DNA of 64,000 bases from Blastocatellia bacterium (lineage in GTDB: Bacteria; Acidobacteriota; Blastocatellia; UBA7656), in the NCBI GenBank assembly GCA_963765495.1, contig CAVXWP010000001.1, positions 591,898-655,897 of the forward strand, written 5' to 3'. Below, in pieces: positions 33,694-44,017 of this stretch; the stretch's first letter is position 1; each line of letters starts with the position of its first letter. Made by a program: the position numbers and the translations under genes. The notes under the pieces are model-generated. The model was not told the DNA's origin, did not search any database, and saw only the letters and a list, made by a program, of their open reading frames with translations.

Positions 33694-34932
33694 TCATAGC
33701 AGGTAGCGGCGGCGAATCATTTCAAGCGCAGCCGTGGAAGCGCGCCATCTTATCAGGTGACGGTCGCCCGGCAAAATCAATCGCCGGTTGAACGTGCCTA
33801 CGTCGTCGGCCAGCCCTATGTAAACGGTCCCAACCGGCACGGCATCGGTTCCGCCGCCGGGGCCTGCGATTCCCGTCACGCTTACGCCGATGGTAGCATT
33901 CGTCCGCTCTTTGATGGCTCGCGCCATCGCCTCGGCCACCTCCCCGCTCACCGGCCCCTGACGCTCTATCACCTCCGACGGCACACCGAGTAATCGCGTT
34001 TTGGCTTCGTTTGTGTAGCTGACAACGCTGCCGACGAAATACTCGCTCGCGCCGGGAACCTGCGTGATTCGCTCGGCGATCAACCCGCCCGTGCAGCTTT
34101 CGGCGGTCGCCAGCGTGTAGCGTTTGAGCAGAAGGCGCTGGCCCATCACCTCTTCAAGCGTCTCGCCTCTGGTCGTGTAGAGATTGTCTCCCAGCTTCTC
34201 TTCAAGCTTGTCCGTAAGCTCATCGACAAGCTCCTCGGCGCGCTGGATGCTTTCAGCCGTCGCGGTCAGGTGTATTTCTATCTCCGAATCGGTAAACAGA
34301 ATGGTTGTCAAAGGGTTGGTATACTGGCCGTAAATCGGCGCGATCATATCATCGAGCGCGGATTCGCCGATCCCGGTTACCCTCAGCAGTCGCTTTGCTA
34401 TGCGCGTGCCGCGCGATTTTTTCTCAAGCGTCGGCATAACGAAATTATCAAACATCGGCTGGTTTTCACGCGGCGGACCGGGCAGCAAAATGATCAGCTT
34501 GCCCTCCTGCTCCATCAGTATCCCGGGCGCGGAGCCGTTCGGATTTGGCAGCACCGTCGCGTCGCGGGGTATCAATGCCTGGCGCTCGTTGTTGGGCGTC
34601 ATCTGATAGCCCCGGCTCGCAAACCGCTCGCGTATCTCTTCAAGCACTTCGTAATTGAGCGTCAACTGCCGATTGGTGACGCGGGCAAAAACCTTGCGCG
34701 TGATGTCGTCTTCGGTAGGCCCAAGCCCGCCCGTAGAGATTATTATCTCAGACCTCCGCAGCGCATCGCGGATGGTCTCTTCCATTCGGGGTTCGTCGTC
34801 GCCTACGACCGTCTTTAACATCACAACTATGCCTATGGAATTCAACCGCTCGGTCAGCCACAGTGAATTTGTGTCTGTGCGGTGTGGGGTCAGCAACTCC
34901 GATCCGATGGCTACTATCTCAGCTTTCAACAT
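33694..34932 (-). CDS. cinA: CinA family protein (MoCF-like domain plus PncC NMN-deamidase-like domain)
   Basis: MLKAEIVAIGSELL...GGLGPTEDDITR N-domain and C-terminal CinA domain. Confidence 0.85.
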   Translation of the reverse strand: MLKAEIVAIGSELLTPHRTDTNSLWLTERLNSIGIVVMLKTVVGDDEPRMEETIRDALRRSEIIISTGGLGPTEDDITRKVFARVTNRQLTLNYEVLEEIRERFASRGYQMTPNNERQALIPRDATVLPNPNGSAPGILMEQEGKLIILLPGPPRENQPMFDNFVMPTLEKKSRGTRIAKRLLRVTGIGESALDDMIAPIYGQYTNPLTTILFTDSEIEIHLTATAESIQRAEELVDELTDKLEEKLGDNLYTTRGETLEEVMGQRLLLKRYTLATAESCTGGLIAERITQVPGASEYFVGSVVSYTNEAKTRLLGVPSEVIERQGPVSGEVAEAMARAIKERTNATIGVSVTGIAGPGGGTDAVPVGTVYIGLADDVGTFNRRLILPGDRHLIRWRASTAALEMIRRRYLL

Positions 34933-34936
34933 ATAT

Positions 34937-35668
34937 TCACCTGTAGAGCCTTTGCTCGTTTATATACTGCTCGGCCGCTGCGGGCACAAGCCCCGTAATC
35001 GACTCTCCCGCCCGGAGTCGCTCTCTCACCTCGGTTGCCGAGCGCTCGCCCAGATACTCAGGGAAATCGAGATACAGCACGCGCTCGTGAAACCAGGCTG
35101 GCTCTCGACTGATGAGAGCTTTAACATCTTTCAGGTCCGCGCCTGACCGGCTTGCGACTATCAGGCTGCTGTTTTCAAAAAGGTATTCAAGAGATTCCCG
35201 GCGGTCGTTGAATTTCCTGTGATAGGCGGGCGTGTATCTGTTTTCGGGATCGAGCACGCGCTCGAATGTATCGAAGCCGAGTATGAAGTGCAACTCGGTT
35301 TGCGGAGGGTAAATCAATTTGAGCGCCTCTACAAGATCGACGAAGTAAGCGTGCGATGCCAGACCTACAGACACGCGAGGGTCATCATCGAAGGTGAGAA
35401 CAAGCATCCGCAGTCGATCTTCGAGCGAGCAGGCATAATCGGACTTATCCGCATTGGCCTTGCTTGCGAGCACGAGCGTTGAATCGAGCGAGAATTGCCG
35501 GGCAGCGCGTCTGACAAGCTCGATGTGAGCTATGGTCACGGGATTGAACGAAGAAGCAAAAACGCCGAGGCGAGGCCCTCTCATCTGTGCTTGCTTGATA
35601 AGCTTGATTTCGGGGTAGCCCGCCGCGCCCGTTTGATCAATTATCTGTTTGAGGTTACCCCGTTCCAT
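34937..35668 (-). CDS. cytidylyltransferase-fold protein, NadD-like (nicotinate-nucleotide adenylyltransferase-like)
   Basis: LGVFASSFNPVTIAHIEL aligns to the NadD GxFGGTFDPxHxGH motif, with T in place of the first His. Start is MERGNLKQ at 35668; the track extension to 36256 runs through pgpA in another frame and is rejected. Confidence 0.55.
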   Translation of the reverse strand: MERGNLKQIIDQTGAAGYPEIKLIKQAQMRGPRLGVFASSFNPVTIAHIELVRRAARQFSLDSTLVLASKANADKSDYACSLEDRLRMLVLTFDDDPRVSVGLASHAYFVDLVEALKLIYPPQTELHFILGFDTFERVLDPENRYTPAYHRKFNDRRESLEYLFENSSLIVASRSGADLKDVKALISREPAWFHERVLYLDFPEYLGERSATEVRERLRAGESITGLVPAAAEQYINEQRLYR

Positions 35669-35688
35669 AGCGATGCCGAAAGCATAGC

Positions 35689-36168
35689 TTACAACAGATG
35701 AGCCAACTGTCCCAGCCAGACAAGCACCGCCGCATAGACGCCCGCGAGCGCGTCGTCGCTCATCACACCCAGTCCCGCGTGAAAGTGTTCGAGTTTGCGA
35801 ATCGGGTAAGGCTTGAATATGTCGAAGAGGCGAAACAGAACGAAGGCCGCGATCACCCCAACAACCGAAGGCGCAACCGCCATAGGCACAAGCGAGATCA
35901 ACTGCCCGCTCACCTCGTCGATCACGACCTGACCCGGGTCTTCCAGTCCGCAAATCTCGCACGCGCGGTTTGCGGCCCACACTCCCACAACGTAGACGAC
36001 TATATTGACCGCTATGAGCAATAACAGAAAACCGCGCGGCGAAAGCGGCAGCGCGCTCATAGCCAGAAACAACCCCACGCCCTCGATAGCGCCAAAAGTC
36101 CCCGGGGCCAGGGGCGCAAACCCTGCTCCGAACCCGGTCGCTATGAAGTAGGCAAAACGATTCAGCAT
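35689..36168 (-). CDS. pgpA: phosphatidylglycerophosphatase A
   Basis: YFIATGFGAGFAPLAPGTFG signature. Confidence 0.8.
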   Translation of the reverse strand: MLNRFAYFIATGFGAGFAPLAPGTFGAIEGVGLFLAMSALPLSPRGFLLLLIAVNIVVYVVGVWAANRACEICGLEDPGQVVIDEVSGQLISLVPMAVAPSVVGVIAAFVLFRLFDIFKPYPIRKLEHFHAGLGVMSDDALAGVYAAVLVWLGQLAHLL

Positions 36169-36296
36169 AGAAGAGGGACCAGGGGCCGACTGGCGCATGA
36201 TGCGCTATCGCGCGGCGCGGGGCTGGGGGCCAGTCTGCTGCAAGAGAAACAGTCATCTTAGCCCGGAGCCCCCGGCCCCTGACCCCCGGCCCCCGA

Positions 36297-37655
36297 CTAA
36301 ACGATTCTTCCGATCAAATCGTAATCGTGCGCTTCGGTAATCTCTACGGTGACGAAATCGCCCGGCTGCGCCAGCCGGTCTTCCTCCACATCGTTGATCA
36401 GAATTGATCCGTCAATCTCGGGCGCTTGAGATTGCATGCGGCCTTCAAGCAACAGGTCGCTTTCTTTCGAACGACCTTCGAGCAGGACCGGCACGCGGCG
36501 GCCTACGAGCGAGCGGTTTTTGCGCCTTGAAATCCGCGCCTGCTCTTTCATCAAACGGCGCTCGCGGTTTTTCATCGTTGCCTGATCCACTTTTTCATTG
36601 AGCGCAAAGGCAGCCGAGTTCTCTTCATCCGAATAGGTGAATACGCCCACGCGGTCGAACTCTACTGCGCGAGTAAAATCAAGAAGCTCTTCGAAGTCCT
36701 CTTCGCGCTCGCCCGGGAAACCGACTATGAAGGTAGTACGAACGGCAACATCGGGCACGCGCTTTCGTATGCGCTCGATCATGCGTTCGTAAGAACCGCG
36801 CCCGCCGCCTCTGCGCATGCGCTGAAGCACTCGGCGGCTCGCGTGCTGGAGCGGTATATCGAAGTATGAGCAGACGTTCGGGCGTTCGGCCATCACGCGC
36901 AGCAACTCGTCCGAGATGCCTGTCGGATAGCAATAAAGAAATCTGATCCAGTCGAGGCCGCCAATGTCGGCAAGCGAGTCAAGCAGGCGGGCGAGTCCGT
37001 CCTTAAGAGCGAGGTCTGTGCCGTAGTTGACCGTGTCCTGCGAGATGAGAACTACTTCCCTGACGCCCTGAGCCGCGAGCATTTCGGCCTCTCTCAGGAT
37101 CGATTCGGGCGAACGCGAACGAAAGGTGCCGCGCAAGCGTGGGATTATGCAAAACGCGCAGGTGTGATCGCACCCTTCGGCTATTTTTATGTATGAAGTG
37201 TATGGCGCGGTGGCGCGAATGCGCGGCGTGGTTTCATCATAAAGATAAAGCTCCGGGGCGGAGGCTCCTTCGCTGTAAACGGGAAGCTTTCTTCGACCGC
37301 CCGGCTCGGCCACGTCCAGAATATCTTCCAGTTGATTGACTCCGATGCAGGCGTCTATCTCGGGTATCTCGCGCTGAAGCTCGTCCTTGTATCGTTCGAC
37401 CAGACATCCGGCGACGATCAATCGCTTGAGATTGCCCGATTGTTTGAGGCCGGCCATCTCGAGGATCGTGTCTACGGATTCCTGCCGCGCAGAGTCGATG
37501 AATCCGCACGTGTTGACGACGAGTATATCGGCCCGGTCGCGGTCGGCAGTCAGTTCATACCCTTTGCGGGCGAGCATGCCAAGCATCACCTCGCTGTCAA
37601 CAAGGTTCTTCGGGCAGCCCAGGCTCACCATTCCTACTCTCTTTTTTTCAGCCAT
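36297..37655 (-). CDS. rimO: ribosomal protein S12 methylthiotransferase
   Basis: VGMVSLGCPKNLVDSE N-terminus, radical-SAM CxxxCxxC (CDHTCAFC), and C-terminal TRAM domain. Confidence 0.85.
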   Translation of the reverse strand: MAEKKRVGMVSLGCPKNLVDSEVMLGMLARKGYELTADRDRADILVVNTCGFIDSARQESVDTILEMAGLKQSGNLKRLIVAGCLVERYKDELQREIPEIDACIGVNQLEDILDVAEPGGRRKLPVYSEGASAPELYLYDETTPRIRATAPYTSYIKIAEGCDHTCAFCIIPRLRGTFRSRSPESILREAEMLAAQGVREVVLISQDTVNYGTDLALKDGLARLLDSLADIGGLDWIRFLYCYPTGISDELLRVMAERPNVCSYFDIPLQHASRRVLQRMRRGGGRGSYERMIERIRKRVPDVAVRTTFIVGFPGEREEDFEELLDFTRAVEFDRVGVFTYSDEENSAAFALNEKVDQATMKNRERRLMKEQARISRRKNRSLVGRRVPVLLEGRSKESDLLLEGRMQSQAPEIDGSILINDVEEDRLAQPGDFVTVEITEAHDYDLIGRIV

Positions 37656-37844
37656 GTACTTCTTCTCTTAAGTCCTTCAGGTCAGCGATTTGCGCGCTGA
37701 GGTAAACAACCATATTAAATCATCGGCTGAAGATTTGCCAGCATGGACTGTAGAGCCGAAGCACGTAACTTTTACTGATAGAGAAATGAGATAAACTCCA
37801 TAAGTCTGCTCAAGACACTATAAACCTTTTGAAGGAGAAGACTT

Positions 37845-39137
37845 ATGGAGCCTGACACAGTTCATTCTATCGCCAATCTCATCTTTGACGCTATGCCTGC
37901 CTCTAGCTTTAGTGACAAATCTGCCCACCAGATGGAACAACTTGTTCAGCAACTTCTGGCTTCTATCGCCAACTCCCTGATGCAGGATTTCTTATTTCCT
38001 TCCAGAATCAACCAGATTCAGCAACTTGTAGAGAGTGGTCAAATTCTCTGCAAAAGCTGTGGTTCGCTTCTTAAACTCCACAAACGTGACTGCTCGATTC
38101 ATCCAAAGACGATCTTTGCCTCAAAGATTACCCTTACTCGCAATCAATACCATTGTCAGCAGTGTGACTCCTACACCATGGTCGCTGACCAGGAGCTTGA
38201 GTTGCTATCTCGGCAGATGCTGCCCCGCTTAGCTTTGATTGTTGTGATGTGTGGAGCAAGCTGGCCTTACGGCGTGGCTTCTGCCTTCCTCGATTTTTTG
38301 TTCGGCGTAGAAGTTTCGGCAAAGACCGTAGAACTTGCTACGACAGATGAGCGGCTGTTGCCTGACGAACTTGACCCTGCCCCAATGGATCAGCCTCCAG
38401 GCCTAGTGACAATGGATGGCGTTGTAATACACGGACGCAAAAAGGAGCAATGGCTTGAGATGAAAGTGGGCGAGTTTTTCTCCTCCGTTGTAGAAGTGAG
38501 CAAAGATCGTCGAGAGGTAATGGATGCAAGCTTTGTGGCCAATGCGTGCGAGCGGTGGGTGGATTTTCAAGCTCCGGTAACTGAGGAAGCCTTGCGCCGT
38601 GGGATAGGCCCGACATCAGAGGTGGAGTTTGTCGCTGATTCAGCAGAAGGGATATGGAGTTTGTGCGATATGGTATTCCCCTGTGCGAAAAAACGACTCG
38701 ATCTCTATCACGCAAAGTGCAAGGTAGGCGAGCGAAGTCGGGAGGCATACTCTGGGAGAGGAGATAAGAAACAGAGGCAGGAGAAGTTACAACAATGGCT
38801 AGAGGAAGGAGAAACAGGGCAAGCGCTAAAGTACCTGCAAAAGCATATGCCGAAGAGTGAAACGAAGAAGGAGGCAGCAAAGAAGTTAATCAGATACCTG
38901 AAACGAAATGAAGAGAGGATAGTCAATTATGAGCAAGTAAAGGAGGAAGGAGGGACGAGAAGCAGTGGGCTTCAAGAGAAAGGAAATGACCTAATAGTAA
39001 ATCGAAGGATGAAGGAAGGGATAATGCATTGGAGTAGAGAAGGAGCCAATCCAATCCTATTGCAAAGGACAGGATTCATAAACAAGTATGCGAGGGCAAG
39101 GACAGGTCCTTACGAATTAGCTTTCTGTCAAGCCTGA
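37845..39137 (+). CDS. putative DDE transposase-like protein (N-terminal Cys4 zinc ribbon; C-terminal RMKEGIMHWSREGANPILLQR motif)
   Basis: CKSCGS...CQQCDS ribbon; the C-terminal motif resembles ends of several IS transposases; low GC. Family could not be assigned from memory. Confidence 0.4.
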   Translation: MEPDTVHSIANLIFDAMPASSFSDKSAHQMEQLVQQLLASIANSLMQDFLFPSRINQIQQLVESGQILCKSCGSLLKLHKRDCSIHPKTIFASKITLTRNQYHCQQCDSYTMVADQELELLSRQMLPRLALIVVMCGASWPYGVASAFLDFLFGVEVSAKTVELATTDERLLPDELDPAPMDQPPGLVTMDGVVIHGRKKEQWLEMKVGEFFSSVVEVSKDRREVMDASFVANACERWVDFQAPVTEEALRRGIGPTSEVEFVADSAEGIWSLCDMVFPCAKKRLDLYHAKCKVGERSREAYSGRGDKKQRQEKLQQWLEEGETGQALKYLQKHMPKSETKKEAAKKLIRYLKRNEERIVNYEQVKEEGGTRSSGLQEKGNDLIVNRRMKEGIMHWSREGANPILLQRTGFINKYARARTGPYELAFCQA

Positions 39138-39174
39138 CTTCTTTTTCTTCCAGTAATTCTTACGTGCGTCGCCG

Positions 39175-39642
39175 ATGAGGAAAGGGATAGTTGACATCAA
39201 CAGACGAGTAGAAGTAAGTCGAGGGGCCAGCTCTCGTTATCTTGAAGGGCTGGCTGTAGTAGGAGAGCCAAAGCCGTCGCGCAAACTCTTCGACGAGGTC
39301 TGTAGTCGAGTGGAGGTTGAAGGGAGAAAATACAGACCGCTTCGACCGATCACTCTCGAAGAGAGCGAACTGTTCAAGGCGGTTCTCAAAGGAGAGAACC
39401 AGATACAGGGTATTCGCAACGAAGCGATAAGAAAGCAGCTTTATGGGGAAGAAGAAAGAGATGAGCAAAAGCGTCGAAGAGCATCTGGGCGAGTGAGCAG
39501 AAAGCTGATGCTGTTGCGAGCACATGGATTGATATACCGAGTGCCGCGAACGAATTATTATCGAGTGACGAAGAAAGGGCATGAGGTTATGTCAACGGCA
39601 ATAAAGTTCCGCGAAAGCGACATCGCTTTGCTGGCGGCATAA
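39175..39642 (+). CDS. hypothetical protein, possibly a transposase C-terminal fragment
   Basis: Ends ...LLRAHGLIYRVPRTNYYRVTKKGHEVM, reminiscent of IS transposase C-termini; low GC. Confidence 0.3.
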   Translation: MRKGIVDINRRVEVSRGASSRYLEGLAVVGEPKPSRKLFDEVCSRVEVEGRKYRPLRPITLEESELFKAVLKGENQIQGIRNEAIRKQLYGEEERDEQKRRRASGRVSRKLMLLRAHGLIYRVPRTNYYRVTKKGHEVMSTAIKFRESDIALLAA

Positions 39643-39677
39643 TTTCTTGCTCAAAAAACAAGAAGTTGAGACCTTGT

Positions 39678-39725
39678 CACACAGAGACACAGAGATTTTT
39701 ATAATTCTTCTCTGTGTCTCTGTGC
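39678..39725. repeat. CACAGAG-type palindromic element
   Basis: cacacagagacacagaga - tttttataattctt - ctctgtgtctctgtg. Confidence 0.7.
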
Positions 39726-39776
39726 CTGCGGTGGCAAATATTTTCCCTGGCTGAACAGATTAACTTTGATGGCTGG

Positions 39777-41303
39777 TTACTGTTTTGGCGCTCGCTCGTA
39801 TAGCTCTGTCATCTCGCCCAGCCGGTCGCTCAGTTCTCTGGTCAGAGCGCCGGGTTTATATCGCCAGGTCCAGTTATCGTCCTGGCTCGCGGGCAGATTC
39901 ATGCGCGCGGAGGAATCCAGCCCGAGCACGTCCTGAAGCGGAATGATCGCAAGATCGGCGACCGAAGCCATAATCGCTCTTATAAAGTCCCAGTTGATTT
40001 CCTTGCCGGTTGAGTCGAGGTACTTAAGGCAAAAGGCGCGCTCGTGTTCGATCTGTTCGAGATCGCGGGTCGATCCTTCGCCCGGCTTGCTTTGGAACCA
40101 CCCTACGGTCGTGTCGTTGTCGTGCGTGCCGGTATAGGCCGCCACGTCCCGTATGTAATGATGCGGCAGATGCGTATTGGAACTGTCGCCGCCAAAGGCG
40201 AATTGCAAAACGCGCATTCCGGGGAAGTGGAACTCATCGCGCAACTCTTCAACATCGGGCGTGATAGTGCCCAGGTCTTCGGCAAGTATCGGAAGCTCTC
40301 GGAATTCTTGCTTGAGGGCTGAAAACAATTCGCGTCCGGGCACTTCGATCCATCGACCGTTTTCGGCCGTCTCGTCTGTAGCAGGAATCTCCCAGCAGGC
40401 GGCAAACCCGCGAAAATGATCTACGCGAACTATGTCTACCAGATGTAATGAGAACCGCATGCGATCAATCCACCACCTGAATCCGGTTTGTCTCATTCTG
40501 TCCCAGTCGTAGAGAGGATTGCCCCAACGCTGCCCCGTCTCGCTAAAGGCATCGGGCGGCACTCCTGACACCACCGTTGAGTTTCCCTTCTCATCGAGCC
40601 TGAACATATCCGGGTGCGTCCAGACATCGGCCGAGTTATGGGCTACGAAGATGGGCATATCGCCGATGATTTTTATCCCGTGTTTGTTGGCATATGATTT
40701 AAGCTCAAGCCACTGTTTGAAGAAGAGATATTGAAAGAATTTGTGCGCCCGGATGCGGTCGCTTAGCTCGTGGCGTGCGCTCTCAATCGCTCCCTTGTCG
40801 CGGCGAATAAGGTCCGGTTCCCACTCGTTCCAGACATCGCTTGAGCGCGATTCCTGAAGGGCGCGAAACAGCGCGTAATCCTCAAGCCAGGCCGAAGCGT
40901 AGCGGCTGAAGTTTTCAAAATCATCACTCAAGTGGTTATTGTTTCCGCGCTTGAAAGCCTTATAAGCCTTTTCAAGCAACTGATTTTTGTACTCGATTGC
41001 CTTGCCGAAATCGACGCGGTCGGCAGATGTTTTCGGGGCGCTGGCTGTATCGCTCTTTGATAAAAGTCTGTCGCCTGCCAGACGGTCCGGGTTTATGAGC
41101 AGCGTGTTTCCGGCAAAGGCCGAGAAGGATTGATAAGGTGAGTTGCCGTAACCGGGCGGGCTGAGCGGCAATATCTGCCAGAGGCTTTGCTTGCTTTCGG
41201 AAAGAAAATTTACGAAATCATAGGCATCGCGTCCCAGATCGCCTGCGCCGCAAGGGCCGGGAAACGACGTGGGATGCAGGAGTATTCCGCACGATCTCTT
41301 CAT
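39777..41303 (-). CDS. malQ: 4-alpha-glucanotransferase (amylomaltase, GH77)
   Basis: N-terminus MKRSCGILLHPTSFPGPCGAGDLG...SPYQSFSAFAGN is the classic MalQ signature. Confidence 0.9.
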   Translation of the reverse strand: MKRSCGILLHPTSFPGPCGAGDLGRDAYDFVNFLSESKQSLWQILPLSPPGYGNSPYQSFSAFAGNTLLINPDRLAGDRLLSKSDTASAPKTSADRVDFGKAIEYKNQLLEKAYKAFKRGNNNHLSDDFENFSRYASAWLEDYALFRALQESRSSDVWNEWEPDLIRRDKGAIESARHELSDRIRAHKFFQYLFFKQWLELKSYANKHGIKIIGDMPIFVAHNSADVWTHPDMFRLDEKGNSTVVSGVPPDAFSETGQRWGNPLYDWDRMRQTGFRWWIDRMRFSLHLVDIVRVDHFRGFAACWEIPATDETAENGRWIEVPGRELFSALKQEFRELPILAEDLGTITPDVEELRDEFHFPGMRVLQFAFGGDSSNTHLPHHYIRDVAAYTGTHDNDTTVGWFQSKPGEGSTRDLEQIEHERAFCLKYLDSTGKEINWDFIRAIMASVADLAIIPLQDVLGLDSSARMNLPASQDDNWTWRYKPGALTRELSDRLGEMTELYERAPKQ

Positions 41304-41389
41304 TCAAATCCTCAAATAGATAATTATGACGGGCAAGAGAACTGATTTGACGCGCCGAAACCGGGAGCCGAAATCAGGGGCCGAGCGGA

Positions 41390-41638
41390 TCAGGCTATGC
41401 CTGCGCCTCGCGTTTTTATCGTAGTTAAAAGTGCTTTCTTACTGGAGGATTTTAACTGGCGCAATTCTCGCAAGGCTCCTATCTCCTGGCTCAACTGCCG
41501 CAGCAGTGACATCTCCCTGCTCAATGATTTTACATCCTTCCTGAGGTCGGACTTCAGGGTCTGTATTTTCCTTGTCCTAGCATCGATCAAACGATCCAGA
41601 GCGACAAGCTCTTCAACGGGGAATCTATTCTCTTTCAT
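41390..41638 (-). CDS. hypothetical small coiled-coil protein (82 aa)
   Basis: MKENRFPVEELVALDRLIDARTRKIQTLKSDLRK... with GAGGTG RBS. The track N-terminal extension lies in an AT-rich non-coding region. Confidence 0.4.
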   Translation of the reverse strand: MKENRFPVEELVALDRLIDARTRKIQTLKSDLRKDVKSLSREMSLLRQLSQEIGALRELRQLKSSSKKALLTTIKTRGAGIA

Positions 41639-42070
41639 GCTGCACCTCTTATGCCGATGCTGAAACATACGGCGTCCACAAACTGACTGGATTCTACCAC
41701 ACTTATTATAGCTATTGTCATCAATCCTAATCCCAGCAAGAAATATTCCACAGTTTTCGAGCAGAGCCGTTTTATTTTTCAATAGTCTTTTTGGCATTTG
41801 CGGCCCGCGAGAGGCTGCCACATACAAAGACGCTAAAAAACTGCAAAGCCTTTCATAAGGTATCAGTCCTTCCAACAGGACATGGCCGGATCATTTAAAA
41901 ACCAAACGGCCCCAATCAGGCAAACCTGCCCCGTTCACTTACGCCGTTATTGCTCTTTACATTTGGCCGCATCATGGTGCACGCTATTTTCAGGCCGATC
42001 CAACCGGCTTTGTGGATTGCTTGATACTATATCTCGCGCAAGCGGCCTCGTGGCCGCCTACTTTTAATTA

Positions 42071-44017
42071 ATGCCAAAAAACAATAAAGCGAATACGCGC
42101 AGGCGGGCGTCAGCCGGGAAGCTCTCTGTGGGGGCCGAGGTATTGTCTGACGGTGGGGTTCGTTTCCGCGTATGGGCCTCAGGGTGCAAGAAGGTAGAAG
42201 TAGTAGTCGAAAACAAGACCGAATCTGGGCCGGGCCGATTGCCTCTGGCCGTTGAGTTGGAACCGGAAGCCGGTGGCTACTTTTCGGGTTTCCTACCCGA
42301 AGCAGGCGCGGGTGCTCTTTACAGATACAGGCTCGATTCCGGCGATGATCTTTATCCCGACCCTGCCTCGCGGTTTCAGCCCGAAGGTCCGCACGGGCCT
42401 TCTGAGGTCATTGACCCCAGCCTGTTTAAGTGGACCGACACAAAGTGGGGGGGCGCTCGCATTGATGGTCAGGTGATCTATGAAATGCACATCGGCACAT
42501 TCACCGAAGAGGGCACGTGGGAGGCCGCTACGCGTGAGCTCGACGAGCTTGCCGAGCTTGGCATAACTGCAATCGAGGTCATGCCGGTTCACGAATTCCC
42601 CGGTCGGTTCGGGTGGGGATACGACGGCGTAGACCTGTTTGCGCCGACTCGTCTCTACGGCGTGCCTGATGATTTTCGCCGCTTCGTTGACCGCGCGCAC
42701 GGGGCAGGGATCGCCGTGATTCTGGATGTCGTTTACAACCACCTGGGGCCGGACGGCAATTATCTCAAACAGTTTTCCGAGAATTATTTTTCAAAAGAGT
42801 ACGACACGGACTGGGGCGAAGCCATAAACTTCGATGGGGAAAATTCCGAACCGGTGCGCGAATTTTTCATCTCTAACGCCTGTTACTGGATCACGGAATT
42901 TCATCTGGACGGGTTACGCATTGATGCCACGCAAAATATTTACGACAAATCGGACGACCATATCCTCGGAGTTCTCACGCGTCGGGCCAGAGAGGCGGCC
43001 GGGAAGCGAGCCATCTTTGTCGTAGGCGAAAACGAGCCCCAACAGGCGAAGCTGCTCAGAAAACCGGAAGAGGGCGGTTACGGGCTTGACGCGCTCTGGA
43101 ACGACGATTTCCATCATACGGCGATGGTCTTTTTGACGGGACGCCGGGAAGCCTACTACACCGATTACACGGGCACGCCGCAGGAATTTATCTCGGCGGC
43201 AAAATGGGGATTTCTCTATCAGGGACAGCGCTACAAATGGCAAAAACAGAGACGCGGGACTCCTACGTTCGGGCTGGCCCCCTCTGCTTTTATCAATTTC
43301 ATACAGAATCACGATCAGGTAGCAAACTCTGCGCGAGGCGACCGCGTGCATCGCCTGACGGGTCCGGGGCTCTATCGCGCGATGACCGCTCTGATGCTGC
43401 TTATGCCGGGAACGCCCATGCTGTTTCAGGGGCAGGAATTCGCCGCATCGAGCCCGTTTCAATACTTTGCCGATCACGCGCCCGAGCTTGCCAAACTTGT
43501 GACGCGTGGCCGCCTAAAGTTCCTCTCTCAGTTTCGGAGCCTCGCGCTCGAAGAGATGCACGCGGGGATTGATGAGATGGCCCCAAACGATCTGGAGACC
43601 TTTACGCGCTCGAAGCTCGATTTCGCGGAGCGCGAGCGCCACAAAGAGATTTATGAAATGCACCGCGACCTGCTCGGGCTGCGTCAAAACGACGCGGTAT
43701 TCAGCGCGCAGAAAAAGGGCGCGCTTGACGGGGCGGTGCTCGGGGCCGAGGCGTTTGTCTTGCGCTTCTTCGGGGAGGGCGGAGACGACCGGCTTCTGAT
43801 TGTAAATCTCGGCGAAGACATGCGTTTTGACCCGGCCCCCGAACCATTGCTTGCGCCGCCCGAAGAGAAGAGGTGGCAGGCAATCTGGTCCAGCGAAGAC
43901 CCTCGATATGGAGGGTTGGGAACGCCTCCGCTCGATACGAAAAAGAACTGGCAACTTCCGGGGCGTTCGGCTGTCGCCCTTCGGGCAATACAGAGGGAGG
44001 ATGAAGAAAATGAATGA
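42071..44017 (+). CDS. treZ: malto-oligosyltrehalose trehalohydrolase (GH13 with CBM48)
   Basis: VRFRVWAS (CBM48), VILDVVYNHLGPDGNYL and GH13 catalytic regions. Confidence 0.75.
   Translation: MPKNNKANTRRRASAGKLSVGAEVLSDGGVRFRVWASGCKKVEVVVENKTESGPGRLPLAVELEPEAGGYFSGFLPEAGAGALYRYRLDSGDDLYPDPASRFQPEGPHGPSEVIDPSLFKWTDTKWGGARIDGQVIYEMHIGTFTEEGTWEAATRELDELAELGITAIEVMPVHEFPGRFGWGYDGVDLFAPTRLYGVPDDFRRFVDRAHGAGIAVILDVVYNHLGPDGNYLKQFSENYFSKEYDTDWGEAINFDGENSEPVREFFISNACYWITEFHLDGLRIDATQNIYDKSDDHILGVLTRRAREAAGKRAIFVVGENEPQQAKLLRKPEEGGYGLDALWNDDFHHTAMVFLTGRREAYYTDYTGTPQEFISAAKWGFLYQGQRYKWQKQRRGTPTFGLAPSAFINFIQNHDQVANSARGDRVHRLTGPGLYRAMTALMLLMPGTPMLFQGQEFAASSPFQYFADHAPELAKLVTRGRLKFLSQFRSLALEEMHAGIDEMAPNDLETFTRSKLDFAERERHKEIYEMHRDLLGLRQNDAVFSAQKKGALDGAVLGAEAFVLRFFGEGGDDRLLIVNLGEDMRFDPAPEPLLAPPEEKRWQAIWSSEDPRYGGLGTPPLDTKKNWQLPGRSAVALRAIQREDEENE

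Larger units (their letters stand above)
37700..39760. mobile_element. low-GC (~47-50%) island with a transposase-like gene; probable IS remnant, ends undefined
   Basis: Base composition drops relative to the ~60% flanks; contains a zinc-ribbon/transposase-like ORF and a short ORF; no terminal inverted repeats found. Confidence 0.3.

Noticed and set aside
41639-41875. N-terminal 79 codons of track ORF 41390..41875
   Set aside because: Lies in the AT-rich intergenic control region; the internal Met at 41638 has an RBS.
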